Origin: Candidatus Latescibacterota bacterium
GTDB lineage: Bacteria; Latescibacterota; UBA2968; UBA8231
Length of the DNA stretch: 64,000 nucleotides
Assembly (NCBI GenBank): GCA_963422735.1
Contig: OY730476.1
Span: forward strand, 1,408,001-1,472,000
Direction: 5' to 3'
The notes beneath the pieces were generated by a model. It was not told the DNA's origin and did not search any database. It worked only from the letters and a program-made list of their open reading frames with translations. Shown here piece after piece: positions 10,127 through 19,182 of this stretch. Every line of letters begins with the position of its first letter. Position 1 is the first letter of the stretch. Position numbers and translations under genes: made by a program.

Positions 10127-11500
10127 TTGCTCACGCCAAGCCATGAGTTCCGATCGGTGCAAGACGCAGCGGCCTTACTCTACAAAAAAATTCCCCTGCC
10201 CAACGAATTCGTTCGCGAGCGCACCGGCGGAGACATTCGCATCGGCGACCTGACTGGAGACGGGCAAGTCGATTTCCTCGTGTACAATGCCCTTGGCGGC
10301 ATCAAGCCCTGTTTCTTAGGAGCCTTTTCGCTTTCTGGCGAGCCGCTCTGGGCGGTGGGGGATCGGGATTTCACCGCTCTCGACGCAGACAACTCAGGAC
10401 GCCTCACCGCGATTTCTCCTGACCGCCCGGGGCCGGTGGCCATTTGCGACATAGACCAAGACGGGCGGCAAGAAGTCCTCTGCCTCCTCATCGATCCCCA
10501 CGTGAAACGCACCAGCAAATGGAACCTCGCAGACGTTCACATCGCCGTTCTCGAAGGGCGCACGGGGGCGGTCAAACGCTGCGCTGCGCCCGAGGAACTG
10601 GCGCGCTGTAACGCCTACACGGACGGAGAAATGCACATCCCCAACTACGTGCATCAGCGGCTGCTGATCGCCAACTTCTCCGGGCACGACCAGCCGCGCG
10701 ATTTTGTCGTCAAGCTGGGCAGCGATGTCCTCGCGTTCAACGACCAGCTCGAAGTGCTGTGGCACTATCGCAGCAAGTGGCATCGCTATCCGGGGCACGC
10801 GGCATACATTCCGGCCGTCGGCGACTTGGACGGCGATGGGCGCGACGAGGTCAACGGCGGGCACTTCGGCCTCGACCACGACGGGCGCGTCTTGTGGGAA
10901 ACCTTTTTGGGCAACCATGCAGACAGCGCGTTGGTGGATAGGTGGGGAACGGAACCAGCGGCCATTGTCTCGGGCGGCGGTCAAGTACTCGACGGCAGCG
11001 GACGACGCCTGCTGCACTTGGGGGCGGACGTGGTGCCGCACGGGCAGGAGGTACGCTGCGGCAACTTGCGCCCCGAGCGGCCGGGCCGCGAATTGGCCAT
11101 CCGCTACAATGGGCACCATGCAGACGTGATGATCGTCGCCGACAGTGGCGCAGTACTCAGCCGTTTTCGGGTGGATGAGTCGCCGAACAACACCGGGCTA
11201 GAAATCGTGCGCTGGAACGGGCCGGAGCAAGGGGATTTACTGTACAGCCCCGCGGCCCTCTTCAACGGCCACGGCCACAAGGTTGCAACCTTCCCGGAGT
11301 TGCCCGCGCCGACCGGCGGCAAGATGGGGTGGTATCACTGCTTTCCCGCCGATGTGTGCGGCGACGAGCGCGAAGAAGTGGTGCTCTACGATCCATACAG
11401 CGATGCCGTGTACATCTACGCACCCGCACCGCTCGACGAGAGCCGATTTGGCCGCTATCACCACGGCCCGCGCCAGTACAACGCACGTCTAATCAATTGA
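10127..11500 (+). CDS. FG-GAP/VCBS beta-propeller protein, rhamnogalacturonan lyase (PL11)-like
   Basis: Repeated DxxGDG Ca-binding motifs (GDLTGDGQVD, DIDQDGRQE, DLDGDGRDE, DVCGDEREE); HAD and HGQ motifs. Start uncertain. Confidence 0.65.
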   Translation: MLTPSHEFRSVQDAAALLYKKIPLPNEFVRERTGGDIRIGDLTGDGQVDFLVYNALGGIKPCFLGAFSLSGEPLWAVGDRDFTALDADNSGRLTAISPDRPGPVAICDIDQDGRQEVLCLLIDPHVKRTSKWNLADVHIAVLEGRTGAVKRCAAPEELARCNAYTDGEMHIPNYVHQRLLIANFSGHDQPRDFVVKLGSDVLAFNDQLEVLWHYRSKWHRYPGHAAYIPAVGDLDGDGRDEVNGGHFGLDHDGRVLWETFLGNHADSALVDRWGTEPAAIVSGGGQVLDGSGRRLLHLGADVVPHGQEVRCGNLRPERPGRELAIRYNGHHADVMIVADSGAVLSRFRVDESPNNTGLEIVRWNGPEQGDLLYSPAALFNGHGHKVATFPELPAPTGGKMGWYHCFPADVCGDEREEVVLYDPYSDAVYIYAPAPLDESRFGRYHHGPRQYNARLIN

Positions 11501-11565
11501 CGAGTCGATTCTACATGAACAACCCAAATCCAAAATCCGGTCCATCCTCCTCATTCCATAAATCC

Positions 11566-12813
11566 ATGTCAAAATTCCTGATCGTATCCATCGACTGCTG
11601 GCGCTACGATGCGCTGAGCCGGACGAATCCGAGGATTAACACGCCCAAATTCGATCTGCTGACTCGGGATTACGCCTTTGCTGAGCGCTACTTTATCACC
11701 GCGCCGGCGACCCGCCCTTCGCACACCTCACTGTTCACTGGGTTGTATCCTTTTGAGCACGGGCTTTTTGGGCAAACCTACCTGAAGATGTTCGCCGGCG
11801 TGGTCAACCTGTTCGACGTTTTTGCCGCGGCCGGGTACGGCGTCCGGGGGTTTTCCGAGCGGCCGGACGTATTTCGCTTCCTCGACTTTGCGCCTTTTAT
11901 CGGGCCGGTCGATCCATCGGCCACCCAGCAGCACTTGGGGTCGCTCGAACGCCTGTGTACCGAACTGATCGAGCCGAGTGGGCCGCAGTTCAAGTTCCTC
12001 CACTTTTGGTACACGCACGGCGGCTACGGCCTAGGCGACATACCCCATCCGCCCGATTTGGGGCAGCTGGTGGCGGCTGGGCAGATAGAAGAAGCGCTGC
12101 GCTACTACGAAGCGGCTGTGACCCACGTGCTCGAGTTTTCCCTCGTCGAGCTACTCAAGCGAATTGACCTCGACGAGTGGGTGGTCTTTATCTGCGGCGA
12201 TCACGGCGAGGGGTTTTGTGGGGAGGTTATGGCGCATGGAGACCGGCTGCATCCCAACGTGGTACACGTGCCCATGCTGATGCACGTACCGGGCGGGTTC
12301 TCCTTTCCGCGCGACGGAGCGGTTTCCGCCATTGACCTCTTTCCGACAATCGCGGCGTTGGCCGGCCTAGCCGTTGACTACCGGGGGTTTGGGCAGAACT
12401 GGCTGGAGCCGAGCGCGGCGTTGGCCGAGCGTTGGGTATTATCTGAGCTAGACAGTCTGTACGGGGTGGGTTTTCTCAACGCCGACAATCTGCGCTTGCC
12501 CGAGGAGCGCGTCACTTCGCCTACTGCTATCGACGGCGAGGAAATAACGCGCTGTGCCGAGGGCATCCGCGAGTGGTGCCTGTGCGACGGACGGCATTTC
12601 TACCGCGAGAACGAACAAACGGGTGCATACGTCCTACGCGACTTGCGCCACGGTGACGACGATTTGGTTTGCGCGGAGCCATCGCACTACCGCTCGCAAT
12701 ATCGCGCCTTGCGGGATCGCTCCGCGTATCAACAGATGCAGGCTCAAGGTGCGGCGGCCGACGAGGCCGATATCCTCCAAGAACGCTTGCGCGCCCTCGG
12801 GTACCTAGATTGA
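11566..12813 (+). CDS. Sulfatase-like hydrolase (alkaline phosphatase superfamily, Thr-type)
   Basis: SIDCWRYD, TRPSHTSLFTG, GDHGE, C-terminal ERLRALGY. Confidence 0.85.
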   Translation: MSKFLIVSIDCWRYDALSRTNPRINTPKFDLLTRDYAFAERYFITAPATRPSHTSLFTGLYPFEHGLFGQTYLKMFAGVVNLFDVFAAAGYGVRGFSERPDVFRFLDFAPFIGPVDPSATQQHLGSLERLCTELIEPSGPQFKFLHFWYTHGGYGLGDIPHPPDLGQLVAAGQIEEALRYYEAAVTHVLEFSLVELLKRIDLDEWVVFICGDHGEGFCGEVMAHGDRLHPNVVHVPMLMHVPGGFSFPRDGAVSAIDLFPTIAALAGLAVDYRGFGQNWLEPSAALAERWVLSELDSLYGVGFLNADNLRLPEERVTSPTAIDGEEITRCAEGIREWCLCDGRHFYRENEQTGAYVLRDLRHGDDDLVCAEPSHYRSQYRALRDRSAYQQMQAQGAAADEADILQERLRALGYLD

Positions 12814-13886
12814 TCGCTGCAAACCTGTTAGTCTTGTTGCTCATCTTGGCCGGGTGCGGCGAGGACGCGGGCGTGGATATCACCTCGAACGGCGACTGTG
12901 AAGGCAACATTCTGCCGGGTAACCACATCGTGCGCTCGCGCGAAGACGCGGATGCGTTGGAGAAGGAGGGGAGATGCAATTACACCATTGCTGGCGACCT
13001 CGAAATTACGCGCATGAACCTCGCCCTTTTTAAGGGCTTGAATCAGCTCAGTGCCGTGGATGGCAACCTCACTATCCACGACAACGACGAACTCGAAAAC
13101 TTCGAGGGGCTGAACGATCTCGTCTCCGTGGGCGGAGATGTCGCCATCCACGACAACGACGAACTCGTCAATGTCAAGGGGCTATCCTTTCTCCACATAA
13201 TCGATGGCCACTTCAGCGTCTCCCGCAACGACAGGCTGACCGCCGTGGACGGCCTAATCAAACTCAATGCGGTCAGCGGCAACGTGCGCATCGACAACAA
13301 CAACCAATTGGCCAATGTCGATGGCCTGTTCGGCCTCGCCGCGGTCGGCGGCAGCTTCATCATCGCGTTCAACCCCTCTCTTGAGCTCATAGAGGACCTT
13401 TCGAATCTGAGCAGTGTGGGCGGCGACCTCGTCGTCGCGGACAACTTGTCCCTCACCGCGATAGAAGATGTATCGTCTCTAAAGGAGATTGGCGGCAGCT
13501 TGTGCATTGGGCGCAATGCCGCGTTGGACATTGTCGAGGACGTATCCAGCCTAACGCATGTCGGCCAAGACCTGAGCATTTACAGCAACCCGCGGCTGAC
13601 GAGCATCGCTGGGCTAGCGAATCTTAGCCGCGTCGGCGGCAACCTCAACCTCTACAACAACGAAAAACTGACCACGTTGGCGGGGTTGGAAAGCCTTGAG
13701 CAGATCGCCCAAGATCTCAACATCTACGAAAACGAAAAACTGACTAGCCTCGCAGAGCTAGCCAACCTCGTCGGCATTGGGGGCAACGTACTTATCGTCG
13801 AAAACGGTAACGTACCTACGAGCGAGGCCCAAGCTTTGGCCGATCGGGCGGCGGGCGAGATGTCCATCGCCGACAATGCGGATTAA
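12810..13886 (+). CDS. Receptor-L-domain-like repeat lipoprotein
   Basis: Lipobox LAGC; about 11 ~25-aa repeats LxxVGGxLxIxxNxxLxxxxGL. Confidence 0.8.
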   Translation: MIAANLLVLLLILAGCGEDAGVDITSNGDCEGNILPGNHIVRSREDADALEKEGRCNYTIAGDLEITRMNLALFKGLNQLSAVDGNLTIHDNDELENFEGLNDLVSVGGDVAIHDNDELVNVKGLSFLHIIDGHFSVSRNDRLTAVDGLIKLNAVSGNVRIDNNNQLANVDGLFGLAAVGGSFIIAFNPSLELIEDLSNLSSVGGDLVVADNLSLTAIEDVSSLKEIGGSLCIGRNAALDIVEDVSSLTHVGQDLSIYSNPRLTSIAGLANLSRVGGNLNLYNNEKLTTLAGLESLEQIAQDLNIYENEKLTSLAELANLVGIGGNVLIVENGNVPTSEAQALADRAAGEMSIADNAD

Positions 13887-13920
13887 CCGCGAGATTAGCT
13901 GCTAGTCATCCGGCCGGTGG

Positions 13921-14215
13921 TTGCTGATGGCTGTTGTTGCGTTTGACGACCTGCCGCCGCGTGAACCCGACGACTTCCTTGGCGTGGAGCATCTTGCCAC
14001 GGACTCCGATGGCCATATGCACTCGGGAAAGGATGTCGAGACCGTCCGCGTCAAGTGCCAGCAACTCCAACCGGCGGCCGATGAAGCAGCCAATGCGAGA
14101 CGACGTGAGCGTATCCGCAAGAAGCTCAAACATCTCGGCGACCGTGAGGCTCGCTTTCGTTGTACCACCAACCACGTACTCTCTAAGCGAACCGTTGAGA
14201 AGGCTAACCACCTCT
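13921..14215 (+). mobile_element. tnpB: IS200/IS605 TnpB remnant
   Basis: EPDDFLGVEHLATDSDG...KKLKHLGDREARFRCTTNHVLSKRTVEKA; the GVDLG catalytic motif appears deleted. Confidence 0.7.
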
Positions 14216-14300
14216 CCGCTGAGATGATCCCTCCTCTTCTTCAGCCGCACCATGAGACAATAGCCTTCTCCGGGTAAATCGCTCAACGTCAATACCATCG

Positions 14301-14815
14301 TCAGTTGCTCCCACCAAGCAGGGAATAGGGCCGGGCAGGGCACCGTGGTCGTAGGGCGCACCTTTCGCATAGCCTCTGGCCGCATCCCCGGTGATTCTCT
14401 ATGCAGTGACGGCGGGCCCTGCGCGTCACATCAGCTTGAACATCCATGGTCACAACCTGTCCACTAGGCTTTGCCAGATACGCCAAGAGGGCGGCATTCC
14501 ATCCCGTCCCTGTGCCGACTTCAAGTACGCGATGGCCGGGACTTTCTAGCATGTGAACGACAAGAGATGGCTGGGAGGTCGAACTGGGCGGATTTAGTTG
14601 GAATAGATCTGCTCTAGCTGATGTTTGGTAGGATCTTTCAGATCTACCTCAATGAAACGTTTTGTTTTACCTAACAGGTGCATTCGATCGACAAAAAGAT
14701 GTCTTGGTATTGATTGGAGAGCACGCTCTATCCCCTTCGACTTCAAATTACCCGTCGCATGGAGCATGTCGATGAAATTATGGAGCAGTTGTTCGATATA
14801 CGTGGTTTGGGCCAT
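14301..14815 (-). pseudogene. Protein-L-isoaspartate O-methyltransferase-like, broken
   Basis: IPRHLFV piece, stop/frameshift, then SSTSQP...VLEVGTGTGWNAALLA. Confidence 0.8.
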
Positions 14816-14883
14816 TAGTCTCCGCTCACGAGGTTGATCTGGACTACAACTTCTTTTTAGGCGAATACGAGCAGCTTTGCACT

Positions 14884-15018
14884 TCTTGTAACATGCTACC
14901 GATTTGCGACGTGGGCCTGTCCCGTATAGGGTTGGCGCGGTGGTTTCCGTAGGCAAGTACCGTGACAAAAGGCCCAAGCACCGAATGGCGAGCAGCGCAA
15001 AACGCGTTATTACACGAC
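14884..15018 (-). repeat. Degenerate attC-like site A
   Basis: Minus strand GTGTAAT...TTTTGCG...CGCAAA...GTTACAA; about 35 bp nearly identical to site B. Confidence 0.6.
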
Positions 15019-15032
15019 GTTGGCTTTCTCTC

Positions 15033-15737
15033 CTACAAATACGCTTGAGCCAACTCCAGAAACTCCTCCCAGCTCCTAACCTCTGCATCAACAGGGATAC
15101 CCGTATACTCTTGCTGTCGCCTGTTATACCAGATTACACTCATGTGGCACTGCTTAGCCCCCACCATATCGGTCTCCAATGTGTCTCCTACATACCATAT
15201 TTCTGAAGGTGCCGTACCCAATCGTGTGGCCGCTGAGGTAAAAATCACGGAATGAGGCTTTCTTATCCCATAATCGGCGCTGGAGATAACAAATTCAAAA
15301 TAGTTGAGCAGTTCATGACGTTGAAGTTCCCAAGAGAGTACCGTTCCAGATCCTGGATGGTTGCTTACTACCCCCATTCTCAAATTATGTGCAGATAAGG
15401 CGGTCAATACATCGGCAATGCCAGACTCAGGAGAGAAAAGCATACATTCTTTCCAGAATTCCAGTTCGATTACCTCCATGGGTTCACAAAAGGTGATGCC
15501 GAGTCGATCAAAGAGTAGTCGATTAAATTGATGATTAGTGAATTCGATGATTGAATTATCCTCAACAGAAACCTCACTATCGAACCTTTTTGCTTCAGTC
15601 GTTACCTCTTCAGGTGACACACCTTTTCGATCCACTGCATATTCGAGAAGGCGAGTGTTACCTGCGAGAGGATCGAACTTCAAATTGCTTACGAGGGTGT
15701 TTATGAAATCGAAGAGAATAGCCTGTGGCCTATTCAT
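15033..15737 (-). CDS. HAD-family hydrolase (cassette-like)
   Basis: ILFDFINTL, VVSN, KP, YVGDTLETD; AT-richer than flanks. Confidence 0.9.
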   Translation of the reverse strand: MNRPQAILFDFINTLVSNLKFDPLAGNTRLLEYAVDRKGVSPEEVTTEAKRFDSEVSVEDNSIIEFTNHQFNRLLFDRLGITFCEPMEVIELEFWKECMLFSPESGIADVLTALSAHNLRMGVVSNHPGSGTVLSWELQRHELLNYFEFVISSADYGIRKPHSVIFTSAATRLGTAPSEIWYVGDTLETDMVGAKQCHMSVIWYNRRQQEYTGIPVDAEVRSWEEFLELAQAYL

Positions 15738-15763
15738 CTATGTGCTCCATCGGGGTATCCAAT

Positions 15764-15843
15764 GTCGTGTGACGTTATGCCGGCTTGCGAACCGCGAATC
15801 GGTCGCCGTATGGCGTGCAGCGCAAAACGCGTTGTTACACGAC
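15764..15843 (-). repeat. Degenerate attC-like site B
   Basis: Terminal inverted repeats gtcgtgtgac/gttacacgac, inner TTGCG/CGCAA pairing. Confidence 0.65.
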
Positions 15844-15865
15844 GCGGGAAAGGATCGCGATAAGG

Positions 15866-16411
15866 CTAGTTCAAAAGTATTGTGCCCGGGACTCGAAGAA
15901 TTTTGCATTCTTTGAACGTACCTTCGTCGTATGTCAATCTTACCCCCTCGCAGTAGTTACACGAAGGTCCCCAAGTTTCATGGTCCGCATTGGGTACGCA
16001 ACTGACCGCACTGGCTTCGACAAAACCCCCATGAGAAACAAACAGTGCTTGGCCGCCTTCTTGGAGCGACCGAGCTATGCCGAGGTGAAACTCAGCCAGT
16101 CCTTTGGCAAAATTTGCGACGACGCTGTTGGGGTGTTGACGGATATAGGAAGAGAATCGGCCAAATCCTTCGTCGAAAGAAATCTCCACATCCTCGGGCA
16201 TGGAAGCGAGCAGTTCTATCTGTTGGTCGACCGCAAATCCCATGGCAATGCTGGTTTCAAATGCCCGAGGGACAGTACTAGTGTAGACCTTGTCGAATGC
16301 TGTCATTCCTTCCCCAACTCGCCTGGCAAGATCAACGCCGTCTTGAGAAAGATGCTGCCCTCGTTTCGTCCTCATAGAGTGTCGTCGATGTTCAATGAAT
16401 CTGGCGGCCAT
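15866..16411 (-). CDS. Histidine phosphatase (phosphoglycerate mutase) family (cassette-like)
   Basis: RRHS, LSQDG, STVPRAFET, VSHGG. Confidence 0.85.
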   Translation of the reverse strand: MAARFIEHRRHSMRTKRGQHLSQDGVDLARRVGEGMTAFDKVYTSTVPRAFETSIAMGFAVDQQIELLASMPEDVEISFDEGFGRFSSYIRQHPNSVVANFAKGLAEFHLGIARSLQEGGQALFVSHGGFVEASAVSCVPNADHETWGPSCNYCEGVRLTYDEGTFKECKILRVPGTILLN

Positions 16412-16450
16412 TCAGAGTTACCTCAGTCGGTTAAGAGGTTGTCGTCCATG

Positions 16451-16504
16451 TCGCCTAACTTAATTGTATCCGAACCAATTGTTCGAGTACAAGCAATTAG
16501 ATGC
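16451..16504 (-). repeat. Degenerate attC-like site C
   Basis: Minus strand ATCTAAT-TGC-TTGTACTCGAAC-AATTG-GTTCGGATACAA-TTAA-GTTAGGC imperfect palindrome. Confidence 0.6.
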
Positions 16505-16693
16505 TGTTTATGCGAAACGAAGGTACGTCTCTTGGTGCATAGTCGCAATCGCAACGAGCGGCCAGACCCCTAAATGCGGTGGGCTACGCGGCAGATGGTT
16601 GACGCACAGACACACATAGGACCGTCCCTCTGTCCGGTACTTCCTAAACTCAGCACTTGCACAACACTTCTGTTGTGTAATTATATATAAAAC

Positions 16694-16877
16694 ATGAACG
16701 CCAACGGACTCAGGCACTGGCTCAGGAGACGAGGCTGCACGTTTCATACGCACAAGGGTGGCAGTGGTCATATAACAGGGACCGCACGACTCCGTTGCCT
16801 ATGCATGGTGGCAGCAAGGAACTAGGCCGGAGGCTGGGCTGGTGGCGAAAATCAAGAAAGACTTGGGATTGAATTGA
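16694..16877 (+). pseudogene. hicA: HicA toxin, frameshifted
   Basis: MNANGLRHWLRRRGCTF..KGGSGH / LPMHGGSKELG / GLVAKIKKDLGL in different frames. Confidence 0.8.
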
Positions 16878-17264
16878 TGCTGACCTATTTTATTGTACTC
16901 GAAGACGACGATGGCACCCTGCTAGCTATGTCCCCGGATTTTCCGGAACTTACCACGTTTGGAATGGACAGAGACGAGGTGCTCGCACGGGCAGTTGATG
17001 CGATAGAGGAGGCCATAGCGGCCGGCCGGGACATTCCGTCCCCTTCGCACGGGCGGGAGGTCGCGGTGCTGCCTACGCTCACCGCTGTCAAGGGGATGCT
17101 GTATCAGGAGCAGCAGGGCATCGGCAAGGCCGAGGCACCTCCCTCAGGTAGATCGGGTATTGGACGTGCAGCACAACTCGCGCATGGATCAGCTAGACGC
17201 AGCAATGGGTGCCATAGGCATGCACCTGTACATTAGGGCTACAGCCCAACGGAGGGCATCTTAG
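16877..17264 (+). pseudogene. hicB: HicB antitoxin, frameshifted
   Basis: PDFPELTTFG...EEAIA...IPSPS, then second frame PQVDRVLDVQHNSRMDQLDAA; TGATG coupling to hicA. Confidence 0.8.
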
Positions 17265-17268
17265 AGAT

Positions 17269-17697
17269 ATGAGCGAATCTCGTCCCGTAATCGTGTACGA
17301 CGGCGAATGCCGTTTCTGCCTGTGGAGCGTCGGCCGCATTCGCCGCTTTGACCGCAACGGCCGCTTCGAGTACCTGCCGCGCCAAACGGCCGGCATCGAA
17401 GAGCGGTTTCCGGTCCTCTCCCATTCCGACTTTAACACCGGCCTGCGCCTCATTCACGCCGGCGGGCAGGTCGATGTCGGGGCGGATGCCGTGTACCAGA
17501 TTTACCGCCGGCTTCCTCCCTGGCACCTGCTCATCGGGGTGTACCGCATTCCGGGACTAAAGCAGCTATTTCGCGCCGGCTACGGCCTCGTAGCACGCAA
17601 TCGGCATCGATTCGGCAGGGTCGAATGCGCCGATGAGGCATGCGAAATCCCGTACGGCGAGCGGCACAAGGGCACCTCTGAGTCGGCTTCGGCCTGA
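17269..17697 (+). CDS. DCC1/DUF393 thiol-disulfide oxidoreductase
   Basis: YDGECRFC; YGLVARNRHR. Confidence 0.9.
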   Translation: MSESRPVIVYDGECRFCLWSVGRIRRFDRNGRFEYLPRQTAGIEERFPVLSHSDFNTGLRLIHAGGQVDVGADAVYQIYRRLPPWHLLIGVYRIPGLKQLFRAGYGLVARNRHRFGRVECADEACEIPYGERHKGTSESASA

Positions 17698-17716
17698 TTG
17701 CGCCACAAAGAACCCT

Positions 17717-19054
17717 ATGACTGCCCAGCGCAACGTCCTATTCCTCATCGCCGACGACTGGAGTCGCATCGCCGGCTGCTACGGCAATAGCGTCGTCCGC
17801 ACGCTCCGCATTGACGCGTTTGCCCGCGAGGGCACGACCTTCGACCAAGCCTTCTGCACCAGTCCTTCGTGCGCGGTCAGCCGCGCCTGCATCCTCACCG
17901 GATATCACAGCCATACCCACGGCCAGTACGGCCACTGCCACGGCATCCACGGCTTCTCCACGCACCCTCACATTACCTCCACGCCCTCTAGCCTCAAGGC
18001 AGATGGCTACGCCACGGCCTGTATCGGCAAAAAACACGTAGAACCGTCGAGCGTGTATCCCTTCGACTTTGAGCCTGAAGTCAATGCCAGAAGCGGCGTC
18101 GAACTGGCCCGTGCTGCTCGTGATTTCTGGGCCACTAATCCCGACCAGCCATTCTATATGCACGTGGGGTTTTCCGACCCCCACCGTGCGGGTCGAGGTT
18201 TTGGCAATGATCGCCCCTACTCCGACGTGCCTGAAACTCAGTACTGCCCCGACGACGTGTTGGTTCCGCCCTATCTGCCCGATGTGCCCGACGTGCGCAC
18301 CGACCTCGCCGAGTACTATCAGGCGGTCTCCCGCTTCGACTTTGGCGTGGGTTGTCTGCTCGACGCACTCGAGGAGTCGGGCCGAGCAGGCGAGACCTTG
18401 GTCATCGTCACTACCGACCACGCCATGCCCTTCCCCGGGGCCAAGGCATCCTTCTTCGACAGCGGCCACCACTGCCCATTTATTTTACGGGCACCAGGCA
18501 TCGCCGCCCCCGGCACCCGTAGTCAGTCCCTCGTCAATTGGACCGCCATCCGCCCCACTTTGCACGACTGGTGCGGGGTGCCTGTCCCCGAGGACTTGCC
18601 GGGCTGCTCCCTCCTGCCGGGCTTAGCCGACCCATCCGTCCCCGACTGGGATCACACGTTCTTTTCGCATTGCTTTCACGAGGTGGTCGATTACAATCCC
18701 TACCGGGTGCTGCGCGGACGGCGCTACAAATTCGTGCGCAACTTGGCCGCTGGTCTCACCACCCTGCTGCCCACCGACCTGTTCCGCTCGACCACCTGGA
18801 CGGCGGTGCGGCGCGACGCGATTCCCACTATGGGCCAGCGCCCCACCCGCCACCTTTTCGCACGGGAGCCCGAGGAGTTATACGATCTGGAGGCCGATCC
18901 CACCGAAAGCGTCAATCGGATCGACGACCCTCATTTACAGGAGGTAGCCGCCCAGATGCGCGCCCAACTCTACCAGTTCCGCCGCGACACGGCCGACCCT
19001 TGGTTGGAAGTGGACCTCCAAGAAGGGCTCATTGACCACCTCGAACCCAGATGA
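17717..19054 (+). CDS. Sulfatase (N-sulfoglucosamine sulfohydrolase-like)
   Basis: IADD, CAVSRACILTG, GKKH, DPHR, TDHAMPFPGAK. Confidence 0.9.
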   Translation: MTAQRNVLFLIADDWSRIAGCYGNSVVRTLRIDAFAREGTTFDQAFCTSPSCAVSRACILTGYHSHTHGQYGHCHGIHGFSTHPHITSTPSSLKADGYATACIGKKHVEPSSVYPFDFEPEVNARSGVELARAARDFWATNPDQPFYMHVGFSDPHRAGRGFGNDRPYSDVPETQYCPDDVLVPPYLPDVPDVRTDLAEYYQAVSRFDFGVGCLLDALEESGRAGETLVIVTTDHAMPFPGAKASFFDSGHHCPFILRAPGIAAPGTRSQSLVNWTAIRPTLHDWCGVPVPEDLPGCSLLPGLADPSVPDWDHTFFSHCFHEVVDYNPYRVLRGRRYKFVRNLAAGLTTLLPTDLFRSTTWTAVRRDAIPTMGQRPTRHLFAREPEELYDLEADPTESVNRIDDPHLQEVAAQMRAQLYQFRRDTADPWLEVDLQEGLIDHLEPR

Positions 19055-19182
19055 AGCTCTAAGTGGGGCCACTGCCCTAATGCGGAGGGTCTCTTGCCAT
19101 CTAGCATCCGCGTCGCCGCGCTGCGGTTCTTCCTTTTAGCTGCCGCCCATCCGAGCACTGCTCACTTCAGAGAGGTGACACA

